Shown here: one piece after another, positions 1 to 11,829 of the stretch
How the letters are laid out: each line of letters starts with the position of its first letter
Numbering within the stretch: position 1 is the first letter of the stretch
Source of the DNA: Leucoraja ocellata
Lineage: Eukaryota
Direction of reading: 5' to 3'
Assembly (NCBI GenBank): GCA_036785375.1
Contig: JAWMAR010000040.1
Span: 6,448,001 to 6,512,000, forward strand
DNA length: 64,000 nt
Position numbers and translations under genes: made by a program
Notes under the pieces: model-generated
What the model saw: the letters and a program-made list of their open reading frames with translations, nothing else
Databases searched by the model: none
What the model was told of the DNA's origin: nothing

Positions 1-129
1 TATTGTACTTTGTATAGTATATTTTTCTAACCCTACAGAAAGATAAACTTTACATTATCAAAAGATCACAAAATAATTAATTCTGTAATGTAGAAGGAAA
101 GATAAAGCAAAACATTTATTTTTGTGAAA

Positions 130-338
130 ATAAGGAACTGCAGATGCTAGTTTACAAAAAGACACAAAGTGCTGAGTAACTCAGCAAGTCAGGCAGCATC
201 TGTGGAGAACATTGATAGGTGATGTTTCGGGTCAGGACCCTTCTCCAGTCTGATTGTAGTGGGGATCAGTCTGAAGATGTATCCGACCCGAAACATCACC
301 TATCCATGTTCTCCAGAGATGCTGCCTGACCCGCTGAA
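130..338. mobile_element. Head-to-head pair of Penelope-terminus-derived mini-elements
   Basis: ...gcagcatctgtggagaacattgataggtgatgtttcgggtc is mirrored by gacccgaaacatcacctatccatgttctccagagatgctgc; same family as the tail of the Penelope element near 22690-22815. Confidence 0.7.
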
Positions 339-2225
339 TTGTCAGTGTTGGGGATCACATATTTCATGTATGTTTCAATTTGCTGCATATCCTCCAATAT
401 TACATTAAGCAGATATTAAAATGAGATTTTGTACACAGAAAATACAAATCACATCTTGCCTCATGTTTGAATGTATGAATAATTAACCTCGGATTTTAAA
501 GGAATGATAGGTGTACAAAGATAAGAGAGTGCAAGGGAGTGTGGAATAGATATGCAAAAGAATGCGAAGGTTATAGAATGCAGGAAAGTTTAGTTTAGTG
601 TCACATGTACCGAGGTACAGTGAAAAGGTTTTGTTGCGTGCTAAACAGTCTGTGGAAAGACCATACATGATTACAATCGAGTCGTCCAATGTGCAGATAC
701 ATGATAAAGGGGATAATGTTTAGTGCAAGATAAAGATAATGGAAGAAACAGATGGATAGTATTTGTCTTGGCAGCAATGTGGATTGGTGCAGTTGTCCAC
801 TGACAGCTTATATTAACCACCTATTGATTTTTACACCATCACCTGAACAAACCTGAATAAAGCAAGTGATTGAAGCAGAAGCTACAACAAGAATTTCAAA
901 AGGTTTCCAATACCAGCTAAAGCTAGTTTAGGCAGCAGTTTATTTTTAGTTTAATATGTGAGACCGCAGAGGAAAAGCTTAGCAGCATGAGAGGGAGAGA
1001 GTATCGCTGCCTTTTTAAGTTAATGGGCATCCAGCCATGACACTGGTTTATACAGCTATCTTTTGTTTATGTCCACTTGCGGCAGATAAAGAAAAAATAA
1101 TTTGAAGACAAAAAGCCTTGCCTTAATCTCTTTAATGACAGTTTTTACTAATGTAGTTCATGATGCATACAATATGCAGATTAGTACCTTGATTTATAAT
1201 AGCATAGATCAAGCTTTAGTTTCCTCCAGATTAGTTTAGTTTGTTGTCACGTGTACCGAGGTACAGTGAAAAGCTTTTTTGTTACATGCTGACGTGTCAG
1301 GGGAAAGACTATACATGATTACAATCGCGCAGTCCACAGTGTAAAGATACAGGATGAAGAGAATTACATTTAGTTGATCTCAGACTTAGTCATAGTCATA
1401 CAGTGGGAAACAGGCCCTTCGCCTCAACTCGTCCATGGCTACCACCAGTCCACATCTATGCTAGTCCCATCTGCTCACATTTGAACCCGGGTCTCTGGAG
1501 GTGTGAGACAGCAACTTTACCGTTGGTGCCACTGTGCTGCCTTGTCCAAATGTCTTTTAAATTTGTTTGCGACAAATGAACCAGCCACATTGATAAACAT
1601 TGCCACAATCCTGTGGATCCAGTTACATGAGTAAAATAGATTAGTGGTTGGCTTGCAATTTTAAAATATTACACCGCATAAACACGACGCTAATGAATTG
1701 TGAATGTTTTGTGGGGCATGCAGAGTAGAATTACAACTACATGTCTTCCCAATCAAAAATAATTAAAGCTAGGATCAAGGCACATCCCGCTCTCCTGGAA
1801 CAGGCTCATAACCGGTTGTAAATAAACCAGCACAAGCAAACGAGGTTGGAGACCATTTAAAGAATGCATGCTTCAGATCTTTTTTCCCCACTTCTCTTCT
1901 CCCCTTGATCATGTGTGCCTTCTCTGTGTTTCCTCTAACACTCCAAAGACGTATAGGTTTGTAGGTTAATTAGCTTCTATAAATTATAATAGTCCTTGTT
2001 GAGTAGGATAGTGTTAGTTTATGGGGTGATCGCTGGTCGGCGCGGACCCGGTAGGCCAAAGGGCCTGTTTCTGTGCTGTATCTCTGATGCTGGCCAAGTG
2101 AGTATCTCACACAGGGAGAGTGTAATTGACTTCTAATATTAGGAATTCCTGGAAATCTTTCAGTGACTTCTGTTGGAAACTGCGTATGCACTGACATCAG
2201 ATAGGCTTAGCAGTGATAAATGTAA

Positions 2226-2520
2226 GGCGGCACAGTGTCGCAGTTGGTAGTGCTGCTGCTTCACAGCACCAGAGACCCGGGTCCGATCCTGACGTTGCAC
2301 ATTCTCCCAGTGACCATGTGAAATTCCTCCTGGTGCTCCAGTTTCCTCCCACGTCGCAAAGACGTGCGGGTTTGTCGGTTAATTTACCTCTGTAATTTAC
2401 CTAGTGTATAGGGAGTGGATGAGAAAGTGGGATAACATAGAACTAGCGTGAATGGGGGATCATTGGTCATCGTGGAGGAAGGGATGAAGGGTCTGTTTCA
2501 ACGCTGTGTCTTTTAATCAA
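2226..2520 (+). mobile_element. tRNA-derived SINE, HE1/V-SINE-like. Related copies near 6967-7190, 25665-25945, 35777-36065, 37790-38070, 40490-40805 (-), 50845-51145 (-), 63273-63580
   Basis: tRNA-like head with A-box (ggcacag..gcag..ggtag) and B-box (gggtccgatcc), then the conserved core ccagtttcctcccac..caaagacgtgc. Confidence 0.75.
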
Positions 2521-3567
2521 TTCAAAACAATTGTGGTCAAAATTTACTGATGCTCTTTATACTAATGCTTATGGCTGTAGGAACTAGTATCCATAATATC
2601 AATAGCCAGAGCGTTCATTGACCTTGCAAATTATTCAACGTTTAATACATTTAATTTAGTTGAGATACAGCAAAAACCTACGAGAGACAAAGGTTGGATA
2701 GACAGGCAGAATCTTTTGCCCAGGGTGGGAATGTGAAAGGCTGGAGGGTATGGCTTTATGGTGGAGAGCAAGTTTTTAAACATAGAGTGGTGGGTGCCTA
2801 GAACAGCTGCCAGCATGGTGGTGGAGACAGATATTATGGTATTTAAGAGGCTTTTAGAGAGGCACATGAATATGCAGGGAGTAGAGGGATACAGTTCATG
2901 TGCAGGCAGAGAGTAGTTTAACTTGGCACCATGTCAGGCACAAATTCTGTGCTGTACTGTTCTATGTTCTAATTTACCTCCCTTGCCGTACACACCTTGG
3001 TGCGGGAATTGCAAGCCTCTATGTACAATTACAATAAACCCAGACTAATGTAAACAGTATAATATCTGCAATGCAAAATATTAGTCAGATTATTGGGTTT
3101 TTTTATAATTAATTGCAAGGAATTTTTGCCCTGAAGTCCAAAACAATGGCAATAATTAGCTTTTTTTGGAAAGTCAGGAGCGCAAATATTCCTTTCCACA
3201 TTATGCCGAAGGAAAAGAAATACTAAATGTTTAAAAATAAAGATTATCAATCTCCACCACCATTCTGGCAGTGCGTTCCAGGCATCCACCACTCTGAGTT
3301 TAAAAACCTGCCCCACATATCTCTTTTAAACTGTCCTTCGCACTATAAATCTTTGCCCTCCGGTCTTTGATACTTCCACCCTGGGCAAACGGTTCTGACT
3401 GTCTACCCTACCTATGTCTCTAGTAATTTTGTGCTGCATCTCTGAACTAAACAAAATTAAAAATCAAATGTACTCAACATTGTTGAGTAGTTTGCCAGGT
3501 CAATGAACATTAAGTTTATTATATTACCTCAGTCATGAATAATGATTCCGACTTTTTTCATATCTGA

Positions 3568-3771
<204 letters not shown>

Positions 3772-4352
3772 TGAAACAGTTTTAGGATTTGCACGGGCAA
3801 GCACTGAAACTGCAAAGTGTGTTCCCATCATCAGCGAGGAGCAAACAACTCCATGCAAATTTTCCAAGATCAGTTTACCATCTGTGGTAAGGGATACAAT
3901 TGTCATACATCTATATAAAACAAAGTAGTTTGGTGTAACCAATATATATTTCAAGGATGTTTTCAGAAAATTCTTGAGATGCAGATGCTGAATTTGAATC
4001 ACTTCTGTTCACTATCTTTATTATTTACACATACAACTACATTGAGTGGAGGGGAACCAGACGACAAGGTTTACAATGACAGGGGATGGATTGAATAGGG
4101 GTAACTTTTTCACTCATATGGTGTGGGTATATGCAACAAGCAGCCCTAGGAGGTAGTTGATGTTGGTACTATAAACATCTTTTAGAAGACATCTGGTCAA
4201 GAACATGAATACAAAAGGTTTAGAGGTATATATGAGCCAAATGCAAGCATGTGGGACCAGCTTAGATAAGACATTTTGGTCAGCACAGACGAGTTGGGCC
4301 ATTGGACCTGTTTCTGTGCTGAATGACTCTAAATGATACTGCTCTTTTGCAG

Positions 4353-4415
4353 GAAAATATTTTACAGAAAGTTGTGATGACAGCCTTTGCAGATCGAACA
4401 GTGGTGACCATTGCT
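4353..4415 (+). CDS. ABCC8: SUR1 penultimate coding exon
   Basis: ttttgcag|GAAAAT...ATTGCT|gtaagt, 63 nt, phase 0. Encodes ENILQKVVMTAFADRTVVTIA, matching the mammalian SUR sequence as recalled. Confidence 0.95.
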
Positions 4416-5619
4416 GTAAGTAACATCAGCCTTTACTAGTTTAGAATCCACCAAGATGGGATTCCAGTTTCATAGGTGTTACTGACTGTGGATAAATCAA
4501 GAGTTTTAAAGGATGATATTGTCAACAAATTTCATTTATGATCAATTCATCTGAGAGGCATCAACCAAGAGAAAAGTGATACGGGTTTAGGATTTGCATT
4601 GATAAGCCCTGAAACTGCAAAGTGTGTTCCCATCACACACCCATAATTGGGGAGGAACAAACAACCCCAAGCAAATATAATGAGTCTGAAGGAGGGTCCT
4701 GACCTGAAACATCACCTATCAATTTTCTCCAGAGATGTTGCCCAACCCGTCGATTTACTCCAGCGCTTTGCATCCATCTTAAATACAATTAGAACAGTTT
4801 AACATCTGTGGTTAGGGATCCTGAGTTGCAAGCACATTGATTGGAATAAAGACTCTTAAAGATCAAATTTGGGAATTGGATATCAAAGACAGGCACTCAT
4901 GTTTCATCCATGTATAGATACCTTGGAAATATGGATGTTGGGCTGTGTGTTGAGACCACTGATTAGGAATGGGGCCACAATAAATGCTTTCCTTTAATTA
5001 ATTAATTGGGACAGTGCTGAATCTTCCATATAAACCTGACTTTGCTGCAATTCAAAAGGAGCAAAGGATTTTATGCTAGAAAACCAAAAGGTATTAATAA
5101 ACAAGTGACATAAACAATTATAATTTTGGTGATATTTATTCTTTTAAAACAATAAATTCTAATGGGACGGATATTAGACTTCAACTCTTATGGATTGTTC
5201 AACTCTGGATTACTGATTTAGTAAAACCAGAACCCTAAAACATCTAGTGGGTCAAAATTCCTTCAACCCACCAAGACCACGCTGATCATCAATAACCCAT
5301 TCACACTAGGTCTGTTATCTCACTTTATCTTCCACTCCATACACACGCAGGCCATTTAACCTAAAAATCTGCATATCTTAGGGATGTAGGAACAGTCTTA
5401 TGCATGCCGAGGAATCCCATGCAGCCAGTGAGAACATGTAAACTGATAGTATCCGAAGTCAGGGTCGAAACTGGATCTCAATAATATGGCAATGGAATGG
5501 AGAGCAAGACCAGTTCAATCCAACCAAAGTAGTAACTATCATGGGAACTTTATGACTTGCTCATCGTTACGATTTTTTTGTGAACCTGTGTGAAAGATTT
5601 TCCCCCTTTCCTTTTATAG

Positions 5620-5754
5620 CATCGGGTTTCGCTAATTTTGGACGCAGATCAGATTGTAGTCCTGTTTGAGGGCACAGTAGCGGAGAACGATTCTGTATCT
5701 AATTTGATGAGCAAAGACAGCAAATTTGCCTCTTTAGTGAAGTCCAAAAAATAA
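5620..5754 (+). CDS. ABCC8: Alternative terminal coding exon, SUR2A-like ('A' exon)
   Basis: Strong acceptor tttccccctttccttttatag|CAT in phase 0. Encodes HRVSLILDADQIVVLFEGTVAENDSVSNLMSKDSKFASLVKSKK*. AATAAA at 5750-5755 overlaps the stop; candidate donor AAG|gtgact at 5770/5771. Confidence 0.8.
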   Translation, partial: HRVSLILDADQIVVLFEGTVAENDSVSNLMSKDSKFASLVKSKK

Positions 5755-5955
5755 AGATGCAGGCACAAAGGTGACTTGCTGGGTTTGTATGGGAATGGTG
5801 TGTAATTGTTGCAAAAACAGATGTATTCCGCTTCCAAAACTAACCCGGGCTGTGTTTTGCTTTCCAGCGATGAGTGGCTAACCAAGATTCATATTTTTCA
5901 AACTAATATCTGGCCTTGAAAACAAATCATGCTAATAATTATTTTGGTTTTCCAG

Positions 5956-6093
5956 CATCGTGTGCACACCATTTTGAATGCAGACCTGGTGATTGTGATG
6001 AAGAGAGGAATTATCTTGGAATACGACACTCCCAGCATACTCTTGGAACAAAGAGATGGAACCTTTGCCTCTTTTGTACAGGCAGATAAATGA
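5956..6093 (+). CDS. ABCC8: Canonical terminal exon, SUR1/SUR2B-like ('B' exon)
   Basis: ggttttccag|CAT, phase 0. Encodes [45 protein letters not shown]; mammalian SUR1 ends ...FASFVRADK. Confidence 0.95.
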   Translation, partial: HRVHTILNADLVIVMKRGIILEYDTPSILLEQRDGTFASFVQADK

Positions 6094-6134
6094 TACATAG
6101 CAATAGATGCATTTGTAATTTCATTTGTTCTGTA

Positions 6135-6140
6135 AATAAA
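6135..6140 (+). terminator. Candidate poly(A) signal of ABCC8
   Basis: AATAAA about 40 nt after the B-exon stop. Confidence 0.55.
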
Positions 6141-7729
6141 ATTGGCACATTTCTTACCGATGCAGTGTAGTGGCCAAAGTTTTTCCCTGGTTCGGATGTA
6201 AACTATTTACCATGTACCTGTCGAATCCCTTTTAAACGTGTTTATAGACCTAATTCTCAGTTTCTGTTTTCGAAGATAGCAATAATTTTGTGTTTTACTG
6301 TCCATTATTGTTGTCAGCAATCTTCACCGTTCATTCTCCTGCTCCCAGAGCCAATAAGTTATATTAGTCCTACATGCCTTCCTATTTTCACGCCAGTCTG
6401 TTTCGCCCAGAAAGGTTAGTTCTGCCTTTAGGCATCCATATTTGCGAGTCTTTGTAAGTTTGCATCCCTCGATACAATGACAACAACCAGGTAGGATGGG
6501 AGAGACGCTCTATATGCAGCACTCTTTCAGTGAATCGCAGGGGCCGCACAAGGGTAATGTTGTGTTCAGTGACCTAGAGAGCTTTGTTTATCTGGGCTAC
6601 AAAATAGGCTGACACATCCTTAAACTGCAATGTGAGTCAGTGTCTGTTGTTCAACATATCCTGCTATACTTCAAACCACAAGTACGGAAAACACCTGGGA
6701 TTTTCATCAAAGGGAAATGGTAAATAATTCAGGAGGCAAGACTGATGTCACTTCCAAAATAACATGTCAGGAATAGCACAAAGCAAGATTCTATATTATA
6801 CATTTTCAAGAAACGATTGTTTGATTGCGCTATTTATGCTGATTGACAGAAATGTGTGATTAACCAGAAGATTAAAACAATTTCCTTTGGTGGCAGACAT
6901 CAGGACAAAGGAATATAATTAAAATTAGGGCCAAGTTGTTTTGGGTCAGAAAGATGACATAAAAGGATGGCACAGCTAGTACAGCTGCTGCCTCAGTGCC
7001 AGAGATCCAGGTTCGATCCTCGGGTGCTGTTTGCAACGGAGTTTGCATGTTCTCCCTGTTACCATGAGGGTTTCCTCTGGGTGTTCCAGGTTCCTCCCAC
7101 ATCCTGAAAATGTGCAGGTTTGTAGATTAATTGGACTGTGAAATGCCCCCAGTGTGTTGGGGGCAGATGAGAAAGTGGGTTAACATAGTTTCTCCAGCAC
7201 TTTGTGTTTTGCTCGAGATTCCAGAATCTACAGTTAATTATCTCCATTTTACCAGAATGATGTCCGAATTAGAGATTCAGCTGCAAGCAGACGTTGCATT
7301 GTTTTCTCTGGAATATCAGAGGTTGAAAAAGAGACCTGATTGAAGTAGATTCCACAGTGAGAGGCACAGATAGGTTAAGCAGTCAATCTTTTTCACCCGG
7401 GGGGGGGGGGGGGGGGGGGGAGATATGTTAAATACTAGGAGATACAAGGGACTGCAGATGCTGGAATCTTGATTAAAACACAAAGTGCTGGAGTAACACA
7501 GCATCTGTTAACAGGAAATGGACATGCTGCAGCTGAGATGCAGCCTGACCCACTGACTTACTCCAGCACTTTGTGTTTAACTCAGCATTCTGGCATTGGA
7601 GTCCATCAGCTTCCCCTATCTGGTTACAGGCATGATTGGCAGCAACAGCTGGCGTGCCCTCCCCTTGCCTCCTCCTTCAACATACAACCTAGGCTTTGAA
7701 GCTCTGTAGTCTATGTCTCTATGTGTCGA

Positions 7730-8890
7730 TCTCCCAGTATTTGAAGACTGGCTGCTTGCTCTCTTCTGCCAGTGTTTGCAGGTTGGTTCTCCTCTCTTTG
7801 TCTCTGTGATTGAAGTGGACTGTTCCCTCCCTCCCCCCCCTCCCCAGTGCTTGAAGGTTGATTACCTGTCTCTCTATCCCTGCGCCTTTCTCTCCCCCAG
7901 TGCTTGAAGGTTGAATACCTCTCTCTCTCCATCTCTCTCCCCATGTTTGAAAGTTGGTTGCTCCTGTTCCCCTCTCTCTCTCTCTCTCTCTTACTGTCAT
8001 TTAAGTGGAATGCTCCTCTCTCTACCAGTGTTAGAAGCAGGACTACTACTACTCCCTCCCACTCTTTGACGCTTGATTGCTCCTCTCTATCTCAGTTTTT
8101 CACTGTCTGTCATTGAAATGGACTATTCCTATCTCTCTCAACCAGTGTTTGCATCGACTGCTCCTTTCTCCTTCTCTCATGCCCCCCCCCCCCCCCAGGT
8201 TTAATGCCGGACCATTTTTCTCTGTCCCCGAGGCAGACTGCTCCTCTCTGCATGTGTCTTTATCCCACTAGACTGCTGTTCTGTCTCTCTCCCAGTTTGA
8301 AGGTTATCTCTCTGTCATTAATGTGGACTGCTCTTCTTTCTCCCCGTTTTTGAAGATTGGTTGTTCTCCGCTCTTCTTTCCTCTATTTGAAGCCAGCCTG
8401 CTTCTCCCCCTGTCGTTGGTGGAATGCTCCTAATCTGCTTGAAAGCACACAATTCTCTGTCACTGAAGTAAACTGCTCCTCTCTGTCGTCCTCTATCTTT
8501 TAAACGCTGCTCCTCACTCCGTCACTGAAGTAGACTGCTCCTCTGTTCGAAACACTGCCCCTCTCTGACATTGAAGTTGTCTACTTCTCTCCGTCTCTCT
8601 CTCTATTTGAAACACTGGCCCACTGTCACTGAAGTAGCCTGCTCCTCTCCCTGTTTGAAACAACACTGCTCCTCTCTCTGTCACTGAAATAGACTGCCCC
8701 TCTCTGACTGTTTGAAAGAACACTCCTGCACTGAAGTGGGCTGTACCTCTCTCCTAGTGTTTGAAACCAGACTGCTCCTCTCTGCCATTATTGCAGTGAG
8801 ACTCTCCGTCTCACTCTCTCCCCTCCAGTTTTTGAAGCCAATCTGCTCCTCTCTCCCAGTTTGAAGGTTGGTTGTTTTTCTCTGCCCGTT
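7730..8890. repeat. Degenerate CT-rich minisatellite upstream of KCNJ11
   Basis: Recurrent ~27-30 nt units such as GTCACTGAAGTAGACTGCTCCTCT (about 8459, 8521, 8625, 8680), alternating with TTTGAA-containing units. Confidence 0.8.
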
Positions 8891-8967
8891 TCTCTCCCTC
8901 TCCAGTGAGCTGAGCTGAACCGAGCCCGGCCGGCGGGTGAGGGCACTCGCCCTGCGATGGGCCCACC

Positions 8968-10212
8968 ATGCTGTCGGCCAGGAAAGAGCTGGTGGCCGAG
9001 GAGTACGTGCTGCGGCTGCAGGAGGAGGTGGTGGCACGTCCCCGCTGCCGGGAGAGGCCACGTCGGGCTCGCTTCGTCGACAAGCACGGCGCCTGCAATG
9101 TGGCGCACACCAACATCCGAGAGCAAGGCCGCTTCCTGCAGGACGTCTTCACCACGCTGGTCGACCTGAAGTGGCGGCACACGCTGCTCATCTTCACCAT
9201 GAGCTTCTTGTGCAGCTGGCTGCTGTTCGCCATGATCTGGTGGCTGTTGGCATTCGCTCACGGCGACCTGGACGACGGAGTAGGTGGAGGGGGGCCATCT
9301 CCCCCGGCCGTGCCCTGCATCACCAGCCTCCACTCCTTCACCTCGGCTTTCCTCTTCTCGGTCGAGGTGCAGGTGACCATCGGCTTCGGCGGGCGGATGA
9401 TCACCGAGGAGTGCCCGTTCGCCATCGCCGTGCTGCTGGCGCAGAACATCGTTGGGCTGGTGGTGAACGCCATCATGATGGGCTGCATCTTCATGAAGAC
9501 GTCGCAGGCGCGGCGGCGGGCCGAGACGCTCATCTTCAGTCGCTCGGCGGTGGTGGCGCCGCGGGACGGCCGCCTGTGCCTCATGTTCCGTGTGGGCGAC
9601 CTGCGCACCTCCATGATCATCGGCGCCACCGTGCGCGCGCAGCTGGTGGGGCGGGCGCGCACGGCCGAGGGGGAGGTGCAGCCGCTGCGGCAGCTCGACG
9701 TCTCATTGGACGGGCCGGCAGGGAGCGGCAGTTCCATCTTCCTGGTCTCGCCCCTCATCGTGGCGCACGTCATCGACGGCTCGAGCCCGCTCTACCGGCT
9801 AACGGCCGCCGGCCTGACGCGCGCCCGCTTCGAGCTGGTCGTCGTGCTCGAGGGCGTGGTGGAGACCACCGGCATCACCACGCAGGCGCGCACCTCCTAC
9901 CTCTCCACCGAGATCCTGTGGGGGCACCGCTTCGTCCCCGTCGTCTGCGAGGAGGACGGACGCTACTCGGTCGACTACTCCAAGTTCGGCAACACTGTCA
10001 AAGTGTCCACGCCGCCGCTCGGCGCCCGGCAGCTGGAGATGGAGCAGGCCGAGGCGAGGCACCGGCCCCAGGTCAGCCTGGGGGGCGACGAGATGGAAGA
10101 GGCGGAGGAGGAGGGGGTGGAGATAGAGGGGGAGGGAAAGGTGGTCAACTTCGATATCTCGCCCGGCGTTAGGAGGAGAAAGAGCTCGGTGTTTCAGAGC
10201 GACTGTTTGTGA
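8968..10212 (+). CDS. KCNJ11: ATP-sensitive inward rectifier K+ channel Kir6.2, 414 aa, single coding exon
   Basis: ccaccATG start; TIGFGGR Kir6 filter; [49 protein letters not shown] and FDISP. The intronless CDS and DVFTT/EDGRY residues favour Kir6.2 over Kir6.1. Confidence 0.93.
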   Translation: MLSARKELVAEEYVLRLQEEVVARPRCRERPRRARFVDKHGACNVAHTNIREQGRFLQDVFTTLVDLKWRHTLLIFTMSFLCSWLLFAMIWWLLAFAHGDLDDGVGGGGPSPPAVPCITSLHSFTSAFLFSVEVQVTIGFGGRMITEECPFAIAVLLAQNIVGLVVNAIMMGCIFMKTSQARRRAETLIFSRSAVVAPRDGRLCLMFRVGDLRTSMIIGATVRAQLVGRARTAEGEVQPLRQLDVSLDGPAGSGSSIFLVSPLIVAHVIDGSSPLYRLTAAGLTRARFELVVVLEGVVETTGITTQARTSYLSTEILWGHRFVPVVCEEDGRYSVDYSKFGNTVKVSTPPLGARQLEMEQAEARHRPQVSLGGDEMEEAEEEGVEIEGEGKVVNFDISPGVRRRKSSVFQSDCL

Positions 10213-10269
10213 TCCGCAACCCACCTTCCCTTTTTCCCCAGGGTGAGGGGAGGAGAGAAGATCTCTTCA

Positions 10270-10800
10270 CACCTCTGTACACGTCCCTTCCCAAGTACAC
10301 ACCCCTTCCCAAGTACGCACCCCTTCCCAAGTGTACACACCTCCAAACATGTACACGCCCCCTCTCATGTACACACACCTCTCCAGACTCCCTCCCATCT
10401 ACACACCTCTACGGACCCCTCCCATGTATACACCTCAACAGGCCCCATCCCGTGTACACATTCGCCATACACGTCTGCACAAACTACTATCCTATATACA
10501 CTTGTCTAGATCCCTTTCGTGTGCCTCTATGAACTACAGACACCCCCATATGCTCATCTGTACAGACCCCATCCCCAAGTACGTACCTGACTGGAATTGA
10601 CAAACAGTATTCATTACAGCCTACCTTCACCAGAATAATGGGCAGATTGGGGGGGGGGGGGTAAGGAGATCTATGTACACACACAAACACCTGTCTGGAT
10701 GCCTTCCCACCACACACATCTCTTCCCCCTCAATGCTTGCACACCTATCTTGATTCCTCCACATACACATGCCTGAGCCCCCTCACACCAGATGCACACA
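10270..10800. repeat. ~18-nt minisatellite downstream of the KCNJ11 stop
   Basis: GTACACACCCCTTCCCAA / GTACGCACCCCTTCCCAA units that decay towards 3'. Confidence 0.8.
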
Positions 10801-11434
10801 TCATCCATCATTCACGATATCACCTCCCTTCCCCTTCAGCAGAGGTGCTGAAGTTAACAGTTCCCTATACTTAACCTGCAGCCACTGACTTATCACAAAG
10901 CACCAAGAATCTCTTGAGCAAAATGCTGGCTCCAGTGAGGGCTTAAAGGAACATTCACATCACAGAGCCATGAAATCTCAAATTCTGTTGATATGCAAAC
11001 CATGAGCCCTAGTAGCAATGAACAGACACTCATTACACTATTTTTCTGTTGCTTTTAATACTACCACAAGACAATCACACAAATGTTCTGATCAGAAACA
11101 CATTTGTCAAAATGCAAATACGCACATCGCCTGTCTGGACCTCCAGATATATATAATCTGATAATCACTCCTGTATAGAATCACCCAGCCTTTCATTTTA
11201 AAATATATCTGAAACAAATGTATTAGTTAGAGCACGTTTCTTGGCTATTGGTTTTGACAGGAATATTTAACAATAATTCCAACAGCAAATGTCAGGATTC
11301 TTCATCGTGCACTAATAATTTAACCAAGCTAGCCATGTCCTCGTGGGATTGAGGATAACTGGGTCCAGCTGAAGTTCTATGGTCAGTAGTAGTTGATGAT
11401 GGCCACGTTGGAATTCCTAGCACGAGATTGGAAA

Positions 11435-11822
11435 GACGGGTTGTATTCACTGGAATTTAGAAGGATGAGATGGGATCTTAGATGCAGGAAAAATGTTCCA
11501 AATGTTGGGGGAGTCCAGAACCAGGGGCCACAGTCTAAGAATAAAGGGGAGACCATTTAAAACTGAGATAAGAAAAAAAACATTTTCACCCAGAGAGTTG
11601 TGAATTTGTGGAATTCTCTGCCACAGAAGGCAGTGGAGGCCAATTCATTGGATTAATTTAAAAGAGAGCTAGAGCTCTTGGGGCTAGCGGAATCAAGGGG
11701 TATGGGGAGAAGGTAGGCACTGGTTACTGATTGTGGATGATCAGCTATGATCACAATGAATGGTGGTACTGTCTCATAGGGCCGAATGGCCTCCGCCTGC
11801 ACTTATTTTCTATGTTTCTATG
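11435..11822 (+). mobile_element. CR1-type LINE 3' fragment
   Basis: Same family as 45200-45930; ends in a TTTCTATG tandem tail. Confidence 0.8.
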
Positions 11823-11829
11823 AGGACAA

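Noticed and set aside
2226-2300. tRNA-like sequences at SINE heads
   Set aside because: Only A/B boxes fused to the SINE core; no complete cloverleaf.
7700-8890. ORFs across the minisatellites (also 10209-10600 and 42198-42516); CRISPR-like spacing
   Set aside because: Degenerate tandem repeats without unique spacers, in a vertebrate genome.
4415-8968. Possible SUR1-Kir6.2 read-through fusion via the acceptor at 8905
   Set aside because: A phase-0 join meets TGA at 8906 at once, and the Kir6.2 ATG is 62 nt later, out of frame.
8937-10172. 411-aa alternative-frame ORF and several antisense ORFs over KCNJ11
   Set aside because: GTG start and Arg/Gly/Ala/His-rich low-complexity product; expected from very high GC3 depleting stop codons.
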